DNA of 61,713 bases, counting the filler, from Globobulimina sp. (lineage: Eukaryota): the NCBI GenBank assembly GCA_003354225.1. It is 13 parts of 13 records of this genome, joined end to end, with 100 filler letters (N's around TTAATTAATTAA, not from the genome) between each part and the next. Parts side by side here need not be neighbours in the genome. Positions count along the whole stretch, not along the records: positions 1 to 4,662 come from PIVH01001021.1; positions 4,763 to 9,424 come from PIVH01001022.1; positions 9,525 to 14,184 come from PIVH01001023.1; 10 more parts are not named here. One strand, given 5' to 3'. The notes under the pieces were generated by a model. That model did not search any database. It saw only the letters and a list, made by a program, of their open reading frames with translations, and had not been told where the DNA came from. Numbering within the stretch: position 1 is the stretch's first letter; every line of letters starts with the position of its first letter. Below are positions 1 through 12,600 of this stretch, one piece after another. Made by a program: the position numbers and the translations under genes.

Positions 1-218
1 ATCCAATTTACACCGTGGCACTGTGTCAAATGCCACTGATAACGCCGCTAAATCTGCAGCGGCATCATCACAAATCTCCCATAATAACTCCAATAATGCA
101 GTTTTATGTGCAACGGCGCCCACAAACCCTCCCACTCAAAAACAATCACTCATCTCCGAAAAGATGCGTTAGTTCACTCCGAGTTTTTTTGTTAAATTTC
201 CCCACTACAATTTAAAGC

Positions 219-1565
219 ATGCAAAAGCAAAAAATGGCGCACAATCAAAAGGTAGACATTGAGCCAGAAAATCTTCGTGAGTTAGCAGAGAATTTATCAA
301 ATACATTTTCCGAAAATTACCGTCAAAATAAATCAAACTCGTCATTAAATCCATCACGATATCTAAGTCGAACTTGTTTTGACTCATCAGATACATTTAG
401 AGATAAATTGGGTAATTTTGATCCAACTAAACTTACTTTTTCTGCTTTTGGTGATGAATTAATCTCAGAAAACGATGATAATAATAGCAATAATGCCGGA
501 ATTAAACGGATTGGAACGGATTTAGACGGTCCAATAAATAAAAAAATGAAACTAAATAACGAACCCATGGCCACTGATAATGAAAATAATGACAATCAAA
601 TTGAAAACGAAGAGGATGAGGATGAGGATAGCGATATAAAAATGTCAGATGATGACGAAAACACTAACAAAAAAAAAGAAAAAAGAAAAAAAATTAAATT
701 ACCAGAAAAATTTAAAGACGACGAAGATTTTCGAGCATTGGAAGCGCCGCCAATTACTCCATCGAAAGCAAATGAATTTTTTGACCCCGTCAATCATTGT
801 AAAATTAATTTAGATGTCGAGAGCAAAATAAATATAAAAACCAAACGATATTTAAATACATTTGAATTATTTAATAATAACGATGTTGAAATCAATGAAA
901 ATGAAATAAAATATATAAAGCATAATGAATTAAATAAATATCTGATTAGCACAGCAAATAAAAATGGATATACACTACAAAAAGAAATATCGGTTTTATT
1001 ATGTTTGGGGTTAAAAGATCATTTGAAAAACATGTTTGATGGTATGGATAAATGGAGGAAATTAAGAAATGATCAACAAAAAAACACAAATTATAAAATA
1101 AAATATGATGCAATCGACAAACAAGAACGGATTGATAATATCAATGAAAAATACTGCGTAAAACAAAAAATGACCGAGGTCAAGGATGAAATCGAAGCAT
1201 TGGAGACTGAGAAAACAGATTTGGATTTTAAGAAAATGACTGGGATATTAACTGACGAGGAAACAAAAAGGAGACAAAAATTGGATGATTTGATAAGAAA
1301 AGCAAAGCAAAATCAGAAACGGAATGATGAATTGAGAGCAAATACATTTTCTTTAGCTGCATTAGGTGGCGCTTTTTCATTTAATTTTAATCCAAATCGT
1401 AATGATAATAAAAATATTAATAAAAAGACAACAAAAAGTAAAGGAAGGAAACTTCAATCGGATAAGTTTTATGTCATTGATGTTATAAATATGATTGAAA
1501 ACCATCAACAATACAATCAACAACATTTGAAACAACTTTCAAAGTTATATCTTAAACACATTTAA
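219..1565 (+). CDS. TAF4: TFIID subunit TAF4-like histone-fold protein
   Basis: C-terminal half matches the TAF4 pattern: KYLISTANKNGY..EISVLLCLGLKDHLKNM (histone fold), RANTFSLAALGG (cf. DANLTALAAIG) and VIDVINMIEN (cf. LRDLIFCLEN). Low-complexity acidic/basic N-terminus. Confidence 0.75.
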   Translation: MQKQKMAHNQKVDIEPENLRELAENLSNTFSENYRQNKSNSSLNPSRYLSRTCFDSSDTFRDKLGNFDPTKLTFSAFGDELISENDDNNSNNAGIKRIGTDLDGPINKKMKLNNEPMATDNENNDNQIENEEDEDEDSDIKMSDDDENTNKKKEKRKKIKLPEKFKDDEDFRALEAPPITPSKANEFFDPVNHCKINLDVESKINIKTKRYLNTFELFNNNDVEINENEIKYIKHNELNKYLISTANKNGYTLQKEISVLLCLGLKDHLKNMFDGMDKWRKLRNDQQKNTNYKIKYDAIDKQERIDNINEKYCVKQKMTEVKDEIEALETEKTDLDFKKMTGILTDEETKRRQKLDDLIRKAKQNQKRNDELRANTFSLAALGGAFSFNFNPNRNDNKNINKKTTKSKGRKLQSDKFYVIDVINMIENHQQYNQQHLKQLSKLYLKHI

Positions 1566-1872
1566 AAACAAATGGTTTACAGTGCAATGCTAAAAACAAG
1601 TGTTTTTATGATCTCACATTCTCATTTTTATTCGTTGTATGTTTGGATTAGTACCTTGTGTCCATAACGGATTGCTGATATCTGTTAATTTAACATTTCC
1701 TCGCACATTTCCAATATTTTTGTTGTTCCTCCAACACCCTTTTCACTGTCTTTTTTATAATAGTTGGAGCATAATAATCAAACCATTGTGCAGCTGTAAA
1801 CTATCGCAAATTCGCTAACAATTCGCCGAAAATTCCCCGACAAGCTTTGAACTAAAAGCAGTCTGTAAAGTA

Positions 1873-3348
1873 ATGCTAATGCAAATCATTTTTTTGTTGA
1901 ATGTGATAACATTCACACAATCTGTCCAAGAAATCACGGATCTTGCCAATATTTTATCAAATGATACGTTGCATGAAATAACTTCCCATTATCAACATTT
2001 AACAAACGCCGAAATGACCGAAATGATATCATTTTTCCTGACTGCATCGGAACAAATTGCAGATGTTAACAAAATCAGAACATTAATTCGCTTGCATGGA
2101 TTATATGATTCAGTTTACATTATTTCGAGTTATTTGCAAATTCAAATCCCTGCGATATTCCGAACTTTTAATCAGTGGAACAGTAAAGAAACATTTCAAG
2201 TCGTATTGAAACACTCTTATCATAACAAACAACAATATTTAGCTGTCAACGAACAAAATCAATTTGTTCTTACAACAGAAGCAAATACACCATCTTCATT
2301 ATGGAGCATGCAGTCAATCCCTGCGAAAGCAAACGTTTTTCGATTACAAAGCATAGGATCAACAGATCAAAAATATTTGAGGTTTCAAGACAATCAAAAT
2401 TCCCCCAATGTCAGAGTGGATATGAAAGGTGGAGGCAGCACTTGGACATTTCTGAATTATCACCATGTTGTTGGTGACATCAGCAAAATTCGTATAGAAT
2501 CCAATTGGTTGCCATTGCATTATCTCTCAATTACCGATTCCAGTGTTTCCACTCAGCTCAAGATGCCAATGCAATGCACGCAACAGCAACACCGTGATGT
2601 TGGTTCAGTTTTTGGTATTTACATTCCAGATCAAAGCATACCTAAAATGCCCCAAGTAATTGCTTTGCAGATGTTGAGTAATCCAGATATTAAAGTGAAT
2701 AGTCATGAATTTCATGGTGGGAAATATCCCCAACCAGCACCAGTACCATATGAATCTCAAGGATTGATAGCAAATGAGCCTGCTTTTGACGATTGGATGA
2801 TACGAACTTGTTCGAATATGTTTAATGTAGAACAGCTATCATATCTCGGTGAGACTGGGAATAACATACCATTACTTTCAGTAAAATATTGGATGACTCC
2901 CAGTAATCTAAAATTTAACAATCATTCTTTGATAGAAATGGTATTTAAATACAAAAATAGTTCGGAAATCCATTTTTTATCGGAAAGAATATCAGATCCA
3001 GTATGCCATCAATTTATCGACCAAAGTTTTGATAAATATATGGAAGGACGATGTGGACGAAGGTCATGCAAAGTGATTCATGAAACTACAAAAGAAGAAT
3101 TTGCATTCAATTATATTGATGTTACAAATCCTAATTTTGGTCCTAAAATATTACCGTACAAAAAATCATTTGTTGATATTACAGAAAATAAAATGCATTT
3201 TAATCAAGGTTGTCATCGCTATGCAATTGATCTATATTCCAAATTAACTGCTGTCGACCAATCAAAGATGGACCATATCGTTGCAGGTTTCATTAAGCCT
3301 CATTTGAGTAAAGAAAGCATTGCTAACGAGCCTCATCTTAATTTCTGA
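1873..3348 (+). CDS. Secreted protein of unknown function with possible beta-trefoil domain
   Basis: 491-aa ORF with a signal peptide. QYLAV..SLWSM..VFRLQS..KYLRF repeats resemble fascin/ricin-type trefoil strands. Confidence 0.55.
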   Translation: MLMQIIFLLNVITFTQSVQEITDLANILSNDTLHEITSHYQHLTNAEMTEMISFFLTASEQIADVNKIRTLIRLHGLYDSVYIISSYLQIQIPAIFRTFNQWNSKETFQVVLKHSYHNKQQYLAVNEQNQFVLTTEANTPSSLWSMQSIPAKANVFRLQSIGSTDQKYLRFQDNQNSPNVRVDMKGGGSTWTFLNYHHVVGDISKIRIESNWLPLHYLSITDSSVSTQLKMPMQCTQQQHRDVGSVFGIYIPDQSIPKMPQVIALQMLSNPDIKVNSHEFHGGKYPQPAPVPYESQGLIANEPAFDDWMIRTCSNMFNVEQLSYLGETGNNIPLLSVKYWMTPSNLKFNNHSLIEMVFKYKNSSEIHFLSERISDPVCHQFIDQSFDKYMEGRCGRRSCKVIHETTKEEFAFNYIDVTNPNFGPKILPYKKSFVDITENKMHFNQGCHRYAIDLYSKLTAVDQSKMDHIVAGFIKPHLSKESIANEPHLNF

Positions 3349-3439
3349 TATGTTGTGAATGTTCTTTTTTTGTATACGCATATGTGAGAATGTCAAAACT
3401 TTCAGCTTAGTTTACTAGGCCTAATAAACTAATTGAAAC

Positions 3440-4662
3440 ATGCTTTACTCAGAGTCGAACATTATACAATTTCTATCAATCTTAGGTCTGTACTGTTATT
3501 CATAATGTTTTAAATTGAGTAGATTGTTCAATAAAAAAAACCAAAGGTAATTTACAATATACCCGAACAGCAAATTATATACCTACTATTAATGAGGGAA
3601 ACGATATTGACTGCACAGCAGCAAATATAAGTGATGATTGCGTGGTTGAGTGTGTTCTTAATACACCTTCCATTCCTAATGTATATTGTGGTGACACTGT
3701 AAACTGCATAATTAATTGCACAAATACCAAATGTTTACATAGTACAAATATACATGCAAATAACACTGATAATTTATATCTTACATCATCTGCAACTGCA
3801 TGTACTCAGAAATCCAATGTATTTTCACCAAACAATGGTAATGCAACAATTATTGGTAATACATTAAGTACAAATAATGATGTAATGAAACAAATGAATA
3901 TATACAGCGGCATTTCCACCGATCGTATGTATATTGAATGCATTGATGAGTCAAATACTGGCGATGAAGATGTAAAGAATGAATGTTCGGGAATTTATGT
4001 TGATGCGAAAGCAGCTAAATATCTAAAAGTTGATATAAAACATTCAGAATGGGAACTGGTTGAAGGTAAAGACGCAACTCCGTCAATAATTGAATGTCCT
4101 GTGAATAGCACATTGTTGACACCATCGTGTATTATAAATGCAACAAATGCATATTCAACCAATACTTTACAAATCTTTGCTGAGAATGGTTCCCCGAACG
4201 ATGTTGTATTTTATGGTGGAGGCACTGGCGATTATACAGGAACTTCATTAACATGCAATGCTGGAACAAGTTCAATAAATACAGCAACCAATACTTTTAT
4301 TGGACAGTTGCCATGTTGGCTGACGGCAGCACCAACTTATACACCAACCACTTCATCACCAACCATTTCATCGCCAACTACTTCATCGCCAACTACTTCA
4401 TCGCCAACCACTTCATCACCAACCACTTCATTACCAACGGTTTCTCCAACGGTATCACCAACGGACTCTCCAACAATTTCACCCACTTTCAATACTATCC
4501 AACAGACTTCTGGTGGATATGTAAGGGAAGATAGTCTCTGTAGGGAATCGTTTGTGATGATCAACAACCAAGGAAAAGTCACTAATAGAGTGAACTCTTG
4601 TGTCTCATTCGATATTGTAAGTCCATTTTTGGACGAGGATGTAGAGCAACCAGTGGAACCTT
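3440..4662 (+). CDS. Cys-rich surface protein with Ser/Thr/Pro mucin stalk (3' partial)
   Basis: Exon 3440-3485 and phase-1 GT..AG intron 3486-3570 join in frame to ORF 3642. Cys-rich region followed by PTTSS repeats; runs off the contig end. Confidence 0.7.
4345..4484 (+). repeat. Coding tandem repeat (PTTSS, 15-nt unit; then PTxS, 12-nt unit)
   Basis: CCAACCACTTCATCA-type units visible in the sequence. Confidence 0.9.
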
Positions 4663-4762
4663 NNNNNNNNNNNNNNNNNNNNNNNNNNNNNNNNNNNNNN
4701 NNNNNNTTAATTAATTAANNNNNNNNNNNNNNNNNNNNNNNNNNNNNNNNNNNNNNNNNNNN
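4663..4762. other. Artificial contig linker (first of 12)
   Basis: 44 N + TTAATTAATTAA (stops in six frames) + 44 N. Identical linkers at 9425, 14185, 18944, 23701, 28457, 33211, 37965, 42718, 47470, 52219 and 56967, each 100 nt. Contig lengths fall steadily from 4662 to 4647 bp. Confidence 0.99.
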
Positions 4763-5720
4763 AAATGGCATGAAAATATCTCGAAACATCCATAATCATT
4801 CGAATCGGAACAGGTGTATCGTCCCAACTTTTTATCAATATTTCCATCATTATTCACCAAATATAAAAATCTATTCTTCACAATCTTATTCTCTTCATTT
4901 TCTCTCCATATTCTGTGCAAATTATTTAATAACGTATGCAAATAATATGTCATTTCGTGTCTAGAATGAGAGCCTCTTACAATTATGTCAAATGGCAGTA
5001 ATATACGATACATATTTTGTGCATTAATCAATGATTTTTTATCTTTTTCATTCTTTATCAGCAATTCACTCATTTTATTCATGAAATATTGGAAATTATA
5101 GGCATGCGATATAAATTTAGCAATTGCTGTTTCAGTGGAATATAAAAAATAATTATTGCAATGATTACCATTTAATATGAAATAATCATTGACTATATAT
5201 TGCATTATATGTTGTTTATCATCCAATTTATACTGATATTGAATCTCGGCACTAAAGAAATAGTATAAGGTACATAATATTTGTAATATGAGGCCTCGAT
5301 ATCGATGAACACAATGCATATCATTATGTTTTGGATTATGCATTGATACATAAATATGTTCAATGGCGATATCAAAATCAAACTGTAATAAATATTCTAC
5401 TTTTTCCGAACGAATCCGTTTCTCATTTGCATTGATTGAAGAACGCATAAAATAATTCCAAAATAAACTTAAATGGCTATGAAAATATGGATAGCCTAAA
5501 ATAGATTTGATGTCAATACTTTCAATCAGTAATTCGAACATATTTTTTTTTTTTTATTAATTGAATAAGTATCAATTGCAACTTGTGTATTATTTAGTAA
5601 ATATTGCAATAAATCGTACATTTTCATTACGTTTTTATGATATTTGTCATCTTTCCAACGCCGTGAATTTCTGGCTTCAGTCATAAATTCTTTTAATCCG
5701 TTATGGAGCACAAATAACAT
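4763..5720 (-). CDS. Hypothetical protein, frameshifted at an A13 run, 3' partial (error or pseudogene)
   Basis: ORFs 5526-5720 and 4763-5541 overlap in different frames at the homopolymer 5543-5555. Confidence 0.45.
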
Positions 5721-6228
5721 AAAGTATTTTTCATATTCTTTGTTAGCGTTATCTGATTATAATTGGTTTTAAGTTTTAACATGGTTTGATAGAATCTCTT
5801 TTATGGATAGTATGTAAATAAAATCAAATCACAAAACTTTTTAATACCGATAATAACTTGCCAAGTGTTGTAATTTCGTGAAATATGTCATTTTTATCCA
5901 ATAAGAACTTTCTCAGTGCTGCTTTGTATTTATGCCTTTGAGTAAGGTTCCAAAATGACTCAAGAACCGCATATTGTTCTTGTTTCGAGACATGTTTCAT
6001 TTATGCAACAAGGGTTGGATTTGTGCAGAGTTTTTCCAATGGTAAGCTGTACACGGATAAATGAAACTTTTTTTGTAAACAAAACAGCAGATCTCGTCCC
6101 AACGAAATATAGACATAATCCCCATAACAAAGAAGCAATGATCGTCACAACAAAAAATATAATATATATATATCATAGCAAACAAAAAGTGGAATAAAAA
6201 AAGAAAATGATAATGATCCGCCAATTTG

Positions 6229-7290
6229 TTAGGAAAAAGATGATAATTTTGTTTCATTGTTTGTTGTTGTTGCGTTTGTGTGTAGCGTCCCCGAGGTCGC
6301 ATTTGTTGACTCCGACGAGATCGCAGACGCAGTTGCCATATTAATGGTTTTTAATTGTAATAACTCGGTTGTTTTTAATCGTGTTTTTGGTGATAATTTC
6401 TTTAAAATGCATGCAGTTAAAAAACTATTACATCGACCACAACAAAGCAGAAATAACTTTGAATGCTTAAACTGCAAAATGAGAGAAAATAAATTAATAA
6501 AAACATCCCAAGACATCACCGTCCAGCTCACTAAAAATAGTTCATTTGTATCAGTAATGAGAGTCTGTCGAATCCAGCCAAATGTATATGAAATGAGCGT
6601 CGATACAAATGCTAAAAATAAACACAATATATAAATCGTAGCAGGTTTAATGAGCTCGAGATTAACGGCCGCGGCATTGGCAGAATCCATATCCATTTCA
6701 ACTGTTTTTGTGAAACGATTTATTTTTAATAGAAATAAAAATAATAACATCAGATTGAAGGATTGGTTAAATATAGCAAATAAGAGCCATGACCACCATC
6801 CAATGCGTAATTTATTGTTTGATGCATACCACGCTCTTAAATTATAAAAAGCAGTCAAAAATACTAAAATAAACTGTAGAATCAAGCAAAATCTTAGGAT
6901 AAAATTACAAGAAACGTTTTTTGATAATGCAGCTATGGACGATAGGCGAATATAATAAACGCAAGAAATACAAATTAATGACATCATATATGATATGATC
7001 GCTATAGTCACTGTTATTGGGATTCTATCGAAATCTGTACAATGGACAGAAAATTCAAAACCTAATAGTTCATGAATTGGGAATACTATGCCAGCGATTA
7101 ATGACAAACTGAATGTGATCCATAGCATGATTTTAAGTGATTTTATTGTGATTTTCAGAGATTGATAACAGCCATAACATAATAAAGGAATGAAAAGACA
7201 CATTCCTAAAAAAGAAAATGTTAATAAAAACATAGTAAATGGCGTAACGGGTTTACATAATGTTATTGTTGAGGAGCCTGTGTTTCCCAT
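6229..7290 (-). CDS. Seven-transmembrane GPCR-like protein
   Basis: Seven hydrophobic segments, a YYIRL motif after TM3, D..IN in TM7 and a Cys-rich helix-8-like tail. Confidence 0.7.
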   Translation of the reverse strand: MGNTGSSTITLCKPVTPFTMFLLTFSFLGMCLFIPLLCYGCYQSLKITIKSLKIMLWITFSLSLIAGIVFPIHELLGFEFSVHCTDFDRIPITVTIAIISYMMSLICISCVYYIRLSSIAALSKNVSCNFILRFCLILQFILVFLTAFYNLRAWYASNNKLRIGWWSWLLFAIFNQSFNLMLLFLFLLKINRFTKTVEMDMDSANAAAVNLELIKPATIYILCLFLAFVSTLISYTFGWIRQTLITDTNELFLVSWTVMSWDVFINLFSLILQFKHSKLFLLCCGRCNSFLTACILKKLSPKTRLKTTELLQLKTINMATASAISSESTNATSGTLHTNATTTNNETKLSSFS

Positions 7291-7368
7291 TAATTTATAG
7301 ATTTATACTAAACTGGTATGCTGACATATTACCATCCACGAAAACTTTTTTTTTAGTTAAACAGTTGC

Positions 7369-9119
7369 ATGGCATACATTGAACAAAAAACCATATTGCT
7401 GTTCGTGGTATCTGGTATCATATTTGTGAGCTTATTTGGATGGATGAATGAATTAAATTACATTACAGTCATTACTGATCCTGATGTTGCCAACCAATTT
7501 AACACAAAAAATATTACATCATCTTCTCAGCATATCTTGCTACATCCCATTGGAGCAAATCCGTTTCATTTTACATGCATTTCATTTCCAGCTCAATGTA
7601 AAACCTTAGGAATATATAACAATACACTGAACTGCATGTCATTATTCTCAACATGTTGGCAAATAATATACAAACAAAACAACCTCTCATTTTTTCTGCC
7701 ACCATTATTTGCCTTATCATTCCGTAGAGAATTCATGCTAAATTATATGCATTCCACCAATATGCATTCCAGTCAGTTGGAATTCGAAACGAATTATTGT
7801 GTGAATAGAATGATTAAAGACATACTTGTACAGATTTATGACTCCCAAAAATGGTCTCGAAACGTGATATATCACACTCATATTAGCAAAACAGCGGGCA
7901 CTTCAATATGGAATACCTTTTGTTTATACAATGCGGAATTCTACAATCATTCATTCCGAATCTCAGAGTCGCAAGACACTCCTCGCGGATCTTACATGTT
8001 TGGCCGCCAGATATGGGCTGATTCTGGCTCTATTGATTCCTGTCAATGGCTATATGACAAATCTTATTTTCGCAAGGATAGGGCTGCAACACTCAGAAGA
8101 CCGTATATGGAGAAAGAAAACCCATTGGATAACTGCAAGGTATTATATTTTATTTATGCACCAACTAATTACAACACACACATTGTTCAAATAAATGCAA
8201 AACAAATATGTTTTTGAATATAAAATATATAATAATTATTATTGAATAGCTTTGTAAGCAGTTTATTAATTCCATTGTACTGCGGGAACCAATGGAGCAC
8301 AGACTGTCTTTCTTAACATTCAAATTGAGAGCGAAATACACTCCAAATGCAAAGTTATTGTGCAGACAGACAAAGTATACAACACATTGGCAACGCAGCA
8401 ATGAATGGTTCAATATTGCCAATGTCAGCTATGTGGGCTGCGATACCATCCGCCAATTAGATGGATTTCTGGCTCATTTATTTGCGTTTCATAGATATAT
8501 GCGAATGGATCCGGCGCATATCATTCATATCGAAGCGCAGAGATTTGCGCATCACTTATTGCGGAATATTAGCTATGGTGGAAAGCACCGGATAAATGTT
8601 GCTAAGCCGATTGCAGCTGTTATCGAATGGATTGGTGAATGGGATAAAAGCAAACATGGTGCTGCTGAACTGACTTTTGATGGAAGTAAATATGCATTGT
8701 TTTATGAACAAGAAAGATACAGATTACATTACAGAAATGCTTCGTATTTTAATGTTTCGCTATTTCAAGGTTTTTTGAATAATATTTATGTTCGATGGCT
8801 AGGATTTAAACATCCAGATAATAACATAAATTATGATGCAGTGTCGAGGAATGACATTTATATAAATGAGCACACATTGAATGAGGCAAAACGAATCCTG
8901 TTGCAGTACGATCACATATTATTGTTGGAAAAAGAAAATAATAAATATCTGCCGAATAGTAGTATAAATTGGAAATTTTATCTGAAGGAGTTTCAGAGAA
9001 TCAGTCATGATGAATATCATAACTTAAATGGAACAAATGAGGTGACATTACAGAATATGATAACCAGGATACGTTCGGTAATGGCGAGTATGGTAGAACA
9101 TCATTGTTCTATGAATTGA
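7369..9119 (+). CDS. Golgi type-II membrane sulfotransferase (3' end possibly chimeric)
   Basis: N-terminal TM anchor; 5'-PSB motif HTHISKTAGTS. Phase-0 intron 8140-8249 joins to 3'-PB motif VLREPMEHRLS. Confidence 0.8.
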
Positions 9120-9423
9120 CAAGAAATACCTGATCAGTTGTTTTGTTCTCTTGGACTTGGCGAGAGGGGCTCGTAGCATTTGACTTTTTCCACGGCCTCA
9201 AAACTGAAAGGAAGAAAGCGAATACTATAGTAACAGCTTGAAAGGTTCCCCAACTACACAACATCTCTTTGTTGTGCACATAAGTACTGTTCACAAGGGC
9301 GTTTAATCCTTCCGATTGTACTATGGGAGGAAGACTATTCAACCAGGGTCCCAAACAAATGGTTCCAAAAACAACCGCATAGATGAAAACGGCCCATTTT
9401 ACAATTATCCAGCGATGTTTAAA
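9109..9423 (-). CDS. Bacterial DUF2269-like membrane protein fragment (5' partial, foreign DNA)
   Basis: Translates FKHRWIIVKWAVFIYAVVFGTICLGPWLNSLPP...FAFFLSVLRPWKK. The W..VKW and terminal S.L[KR]PW motifs are typical of this bacterial family. Sequence is visibly less AT-rich and lies at the contig end. Confidence 0.75.
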   Translation of the reverse strand, partial: FKHRWIIVKWAVFIYAVVFGTICLGPWLNSLPPIVQSEGLNALVNSTYVHNKEMLCSWGTFQAVTIVFAFFLSVLRPWKKSNATSPSRQVQENKTTDQVFLVNS

Positions 9424-9639
9424 CNNNNNNNNNNNNNNNNNNNNNNNNNNNNNNNNNNNNNNNNNNNNTTAATTAATTAANNNNNNNNNNNNNNNNNNNN
9501 NNNNNNNNNNNNNNNNNNNNNNNNAAGTTAAAAAATATTTTTCTATCACTTAAAAACAAACGTAACAACAAAAACAAAATTAAAGTTAACACAAAAAAAC
9601 TATTGACGTGACATTGGTGACAACACATTTAATACATTA

Positions 9640-12600
9640 TTAAACATGAAACGCTAAATTATCAGTATCTGATTGAGAATCATCAGTATCTGACTCATCA
9701 TTATCATATATTTGTTGCTCAGCTGTTTCTGCATTAAGTATACTATCATATATATTTCCAGTTATATTCTGTCGTTTTGTTGATTGCAATTCAACATTGC
9801 TCAGACCTTCGTTATTTACCATTTGTTCTCCACCTTCGTCATCATTTAATAATAATGAACTTAAATATTTACGTTTATCGCTCATTAAACCATAATTTAA
9901 TCCTTTATCATCCATTAATTTCTTTAATAAATCATCAAAATCCTCAAAATTGGATTGATTATTATTCATATTCGGATCAAGCACAATCTCATGTTTACCA
10001 TCTAAACTCTTAAATGTCATTATCATACATTCTCGATTAAAATTAAAAAGTGCTTTAAATTTATTTGTTAAAATAATAATATTTTCTTTTTTTGAATATA
10101 ATTTTATTATTCCATTTAGATCCATATTACTGTCAGTTACAGAATGTAAAACATATAATCTTATTGACATTGTATCAACTGTCGTATTTCGGGATATTTC
10201 AATAATTTTGTTATCCGCACCACATCCAAATACATCACAAAGTATCATTGCCATTTTATGTGTTTTATCTTGATTTGAGACAAATTTGTTATGCACATAA
10301 TCATCATCATCCTCATTAACTATTTTTATTTCAAGCCAATAACAAAAATGAGTACGATTGACATTGCTAATTATAGCCACCAATGGCGTACAAATAATGG
10401 ATAAAATGGAGATAACAAATGCAAATGCAATGTTTGCAGAGATGGTGCCAATCGCAGCGGAATACATACACTGTATAAAAATCTGTGGAATGTTTTGTAA
10501 ACAAATGGTAGAAATAATTTTCATTTTATTCATTTTTTTTAATTCATAATTAACTAAACCAGAATTAAAATATTGTAAAGCAAATATATTGGAGGATAGC
10601 AGGAATAAAACAGGATAACAACCGCCGGAAATTATAATTAAAATCATAAACAATACATTTCTATTCTCGAAAAATGAAATTGCACTCTCATTCTCCTCGG
10701 GAATCATTCTGGTTATTTTCCCACCAAAATATATATTCAAATAATAGGGGATTACTACAAATATAAAACATGAAAAGGCATACATTATAAATCCATTTAA
10801 CACCAATTCAATACACACATTAATATCACTTACAAGAAGCACAAATTGTAACACATAAATCATTAATCCATACCATATACAATCAATTTGTTTTACTTTT
10901 GAATGTATGAATGCTAACAAAGAAATAATAAACATAATAATAAGAGTACTAAATAAGAAAATCAATACACTCGAAATAGTAATACCAGTCTCTTCTGACT
11001 CTGAGGCAGCAAATAGAGCTTCAACTTTATCATAACTTTTAATTTCAAATATTAACTGCGACTCAAATTGCTCATTTTGTGCATTTACATTTGATGCAAA
11101 ATTAACAAAATATTTTCTAAATTTATCCGTGCCAATTAATTCAAATTCATCTTTAAATTTGTTATATTTTGTCAATATTTTACAAGCATATTTACTGCAT
11201 TCAATATTACAATGTATTAAAATCCCATCATTTTGTGCATCGACAAATGTTTGATATTGTTCTTCATTGATTTCATTTCTTTGATAGCTTAATAAATCTT
11301 CAATTTCAAAGTTAAAAAATCGATATTGAAGTCCAGTTGCTTCAAAATATGATTGTTCGATAATTTCACTCATTTTGCTCCAAACTTCAACTATATTCTG
11401 CTGCACCAATATTTGAGTATATTCATCTTCTAAATACTTTATCAAATATGTGATGCTAAAAAATGAGTCATACTCCGCTGAGGTAGTTGGATAGCGGCTG
11501 GGTGCTGCAGTTGGTGGAGAGGAAGGAGCCAACGAAGGTGCTAATGACGGAGCTACGGATGGTGCCATACTTGGTGCGACAGACGGAGCGAATGATGGTG
11601 CATTAGAAGGAGGTGTGGTAGGTGCGGCAGACGGAGCTAATGTTGGTGCCAAACTAGGTGCAGCAGTCGGTGGTGAAGTAGGTGATAATGACGGTGCTAA
11701 ACTTGGTGCCAATGAGGGTGCTAAAGTTGGACTGATACTAGGCGCTAAACTTGGTGCAACACTAGGCGCTAAACTCGGATTTAATGATGGGGCCAAAGTT
11801 GGTGCCAATGAAGGTGTTAATGATGGAGCGAGGGAAGGATTCAATGAAGGAGCCAACGAAGGCGCCGATGACGGTGCTAGACTGGGAGCAATAGTCGGTG
11901 CTAACGATGGTGCTGAACTTGGTGCCAATGAGGGTGACAAAGTTGGACTGATACTAGGCGCTAAACTGGGTGCAACACTAGGCGCTAAACTAGGATTTAA
12001 TGATGGAGCGATTGAAGGATTTAATGATGGGGCCAACGTTGGTGCCAATGAAGGTGTTAATGATGGAGCGATGGAAGGATTCAATGAAGGAGCCAAGGAA
12101 GGCGCCAATGACGGTGCTAGACTGGGAGCAATAGTCGGTGATAACGACGGCGCCAAACTTGGTGCCAATGAGGGTGTGAAGCTCGGAGCTAAAGATGGTG
12201 GTGAAGTGGGTGCTAACGAAGGGGCGAACGACGGAGCCAATGACGGTGCGAATGATGGAGCTAAGGAGGGAGCCAATGAAGGGGCTAAGGAAGGAGCTAC
12301 GGAAGGTGCTAAAGTAGGAGCTGACGAAGGAGACACTGTTGGCGGTGTGGTAGGAACTGCTGATGGAGCTAATGATGGAGATAATGATGGTGCCAACGTA
12401 GGAGCTAAAGTGGGTGCTAAAGATGGTGCCAATGATGGGGATAATGATGGGCTTAATGAAGGTGATAATGTAGGATTTGAAGATGGTGCTAAAGTTGGTG
12501 CGTTTGTAGGTGATTTGCTTGGTGCAGCAGTGGGATTTACTGTTGGTGCGGGAGTGGGATTTGTAGTGGGTGCTGGAGTGGGAGCAGGGGTTGGATTTTG

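Noticed and set aside
4253-4582. ORFs with FIANY and VVGDE repeats
   Set aside because: Off-frame and antisense shadows of the PTTSS repeat.
4490-4662. Foreign DNA at the end of contig 1
   Set aside because: Composition shifts slightly, but the frame stays open and no prokaryotic motif is recognisable.
4707-4718. Recurring TTAATTAATTAA about every 4.75 kb as a biological repeat
   Set aside because: Always centred in exactly 88 N; it is a synthetic six-frame-stop linker. ORFs ending in X..LIN are artefacts.
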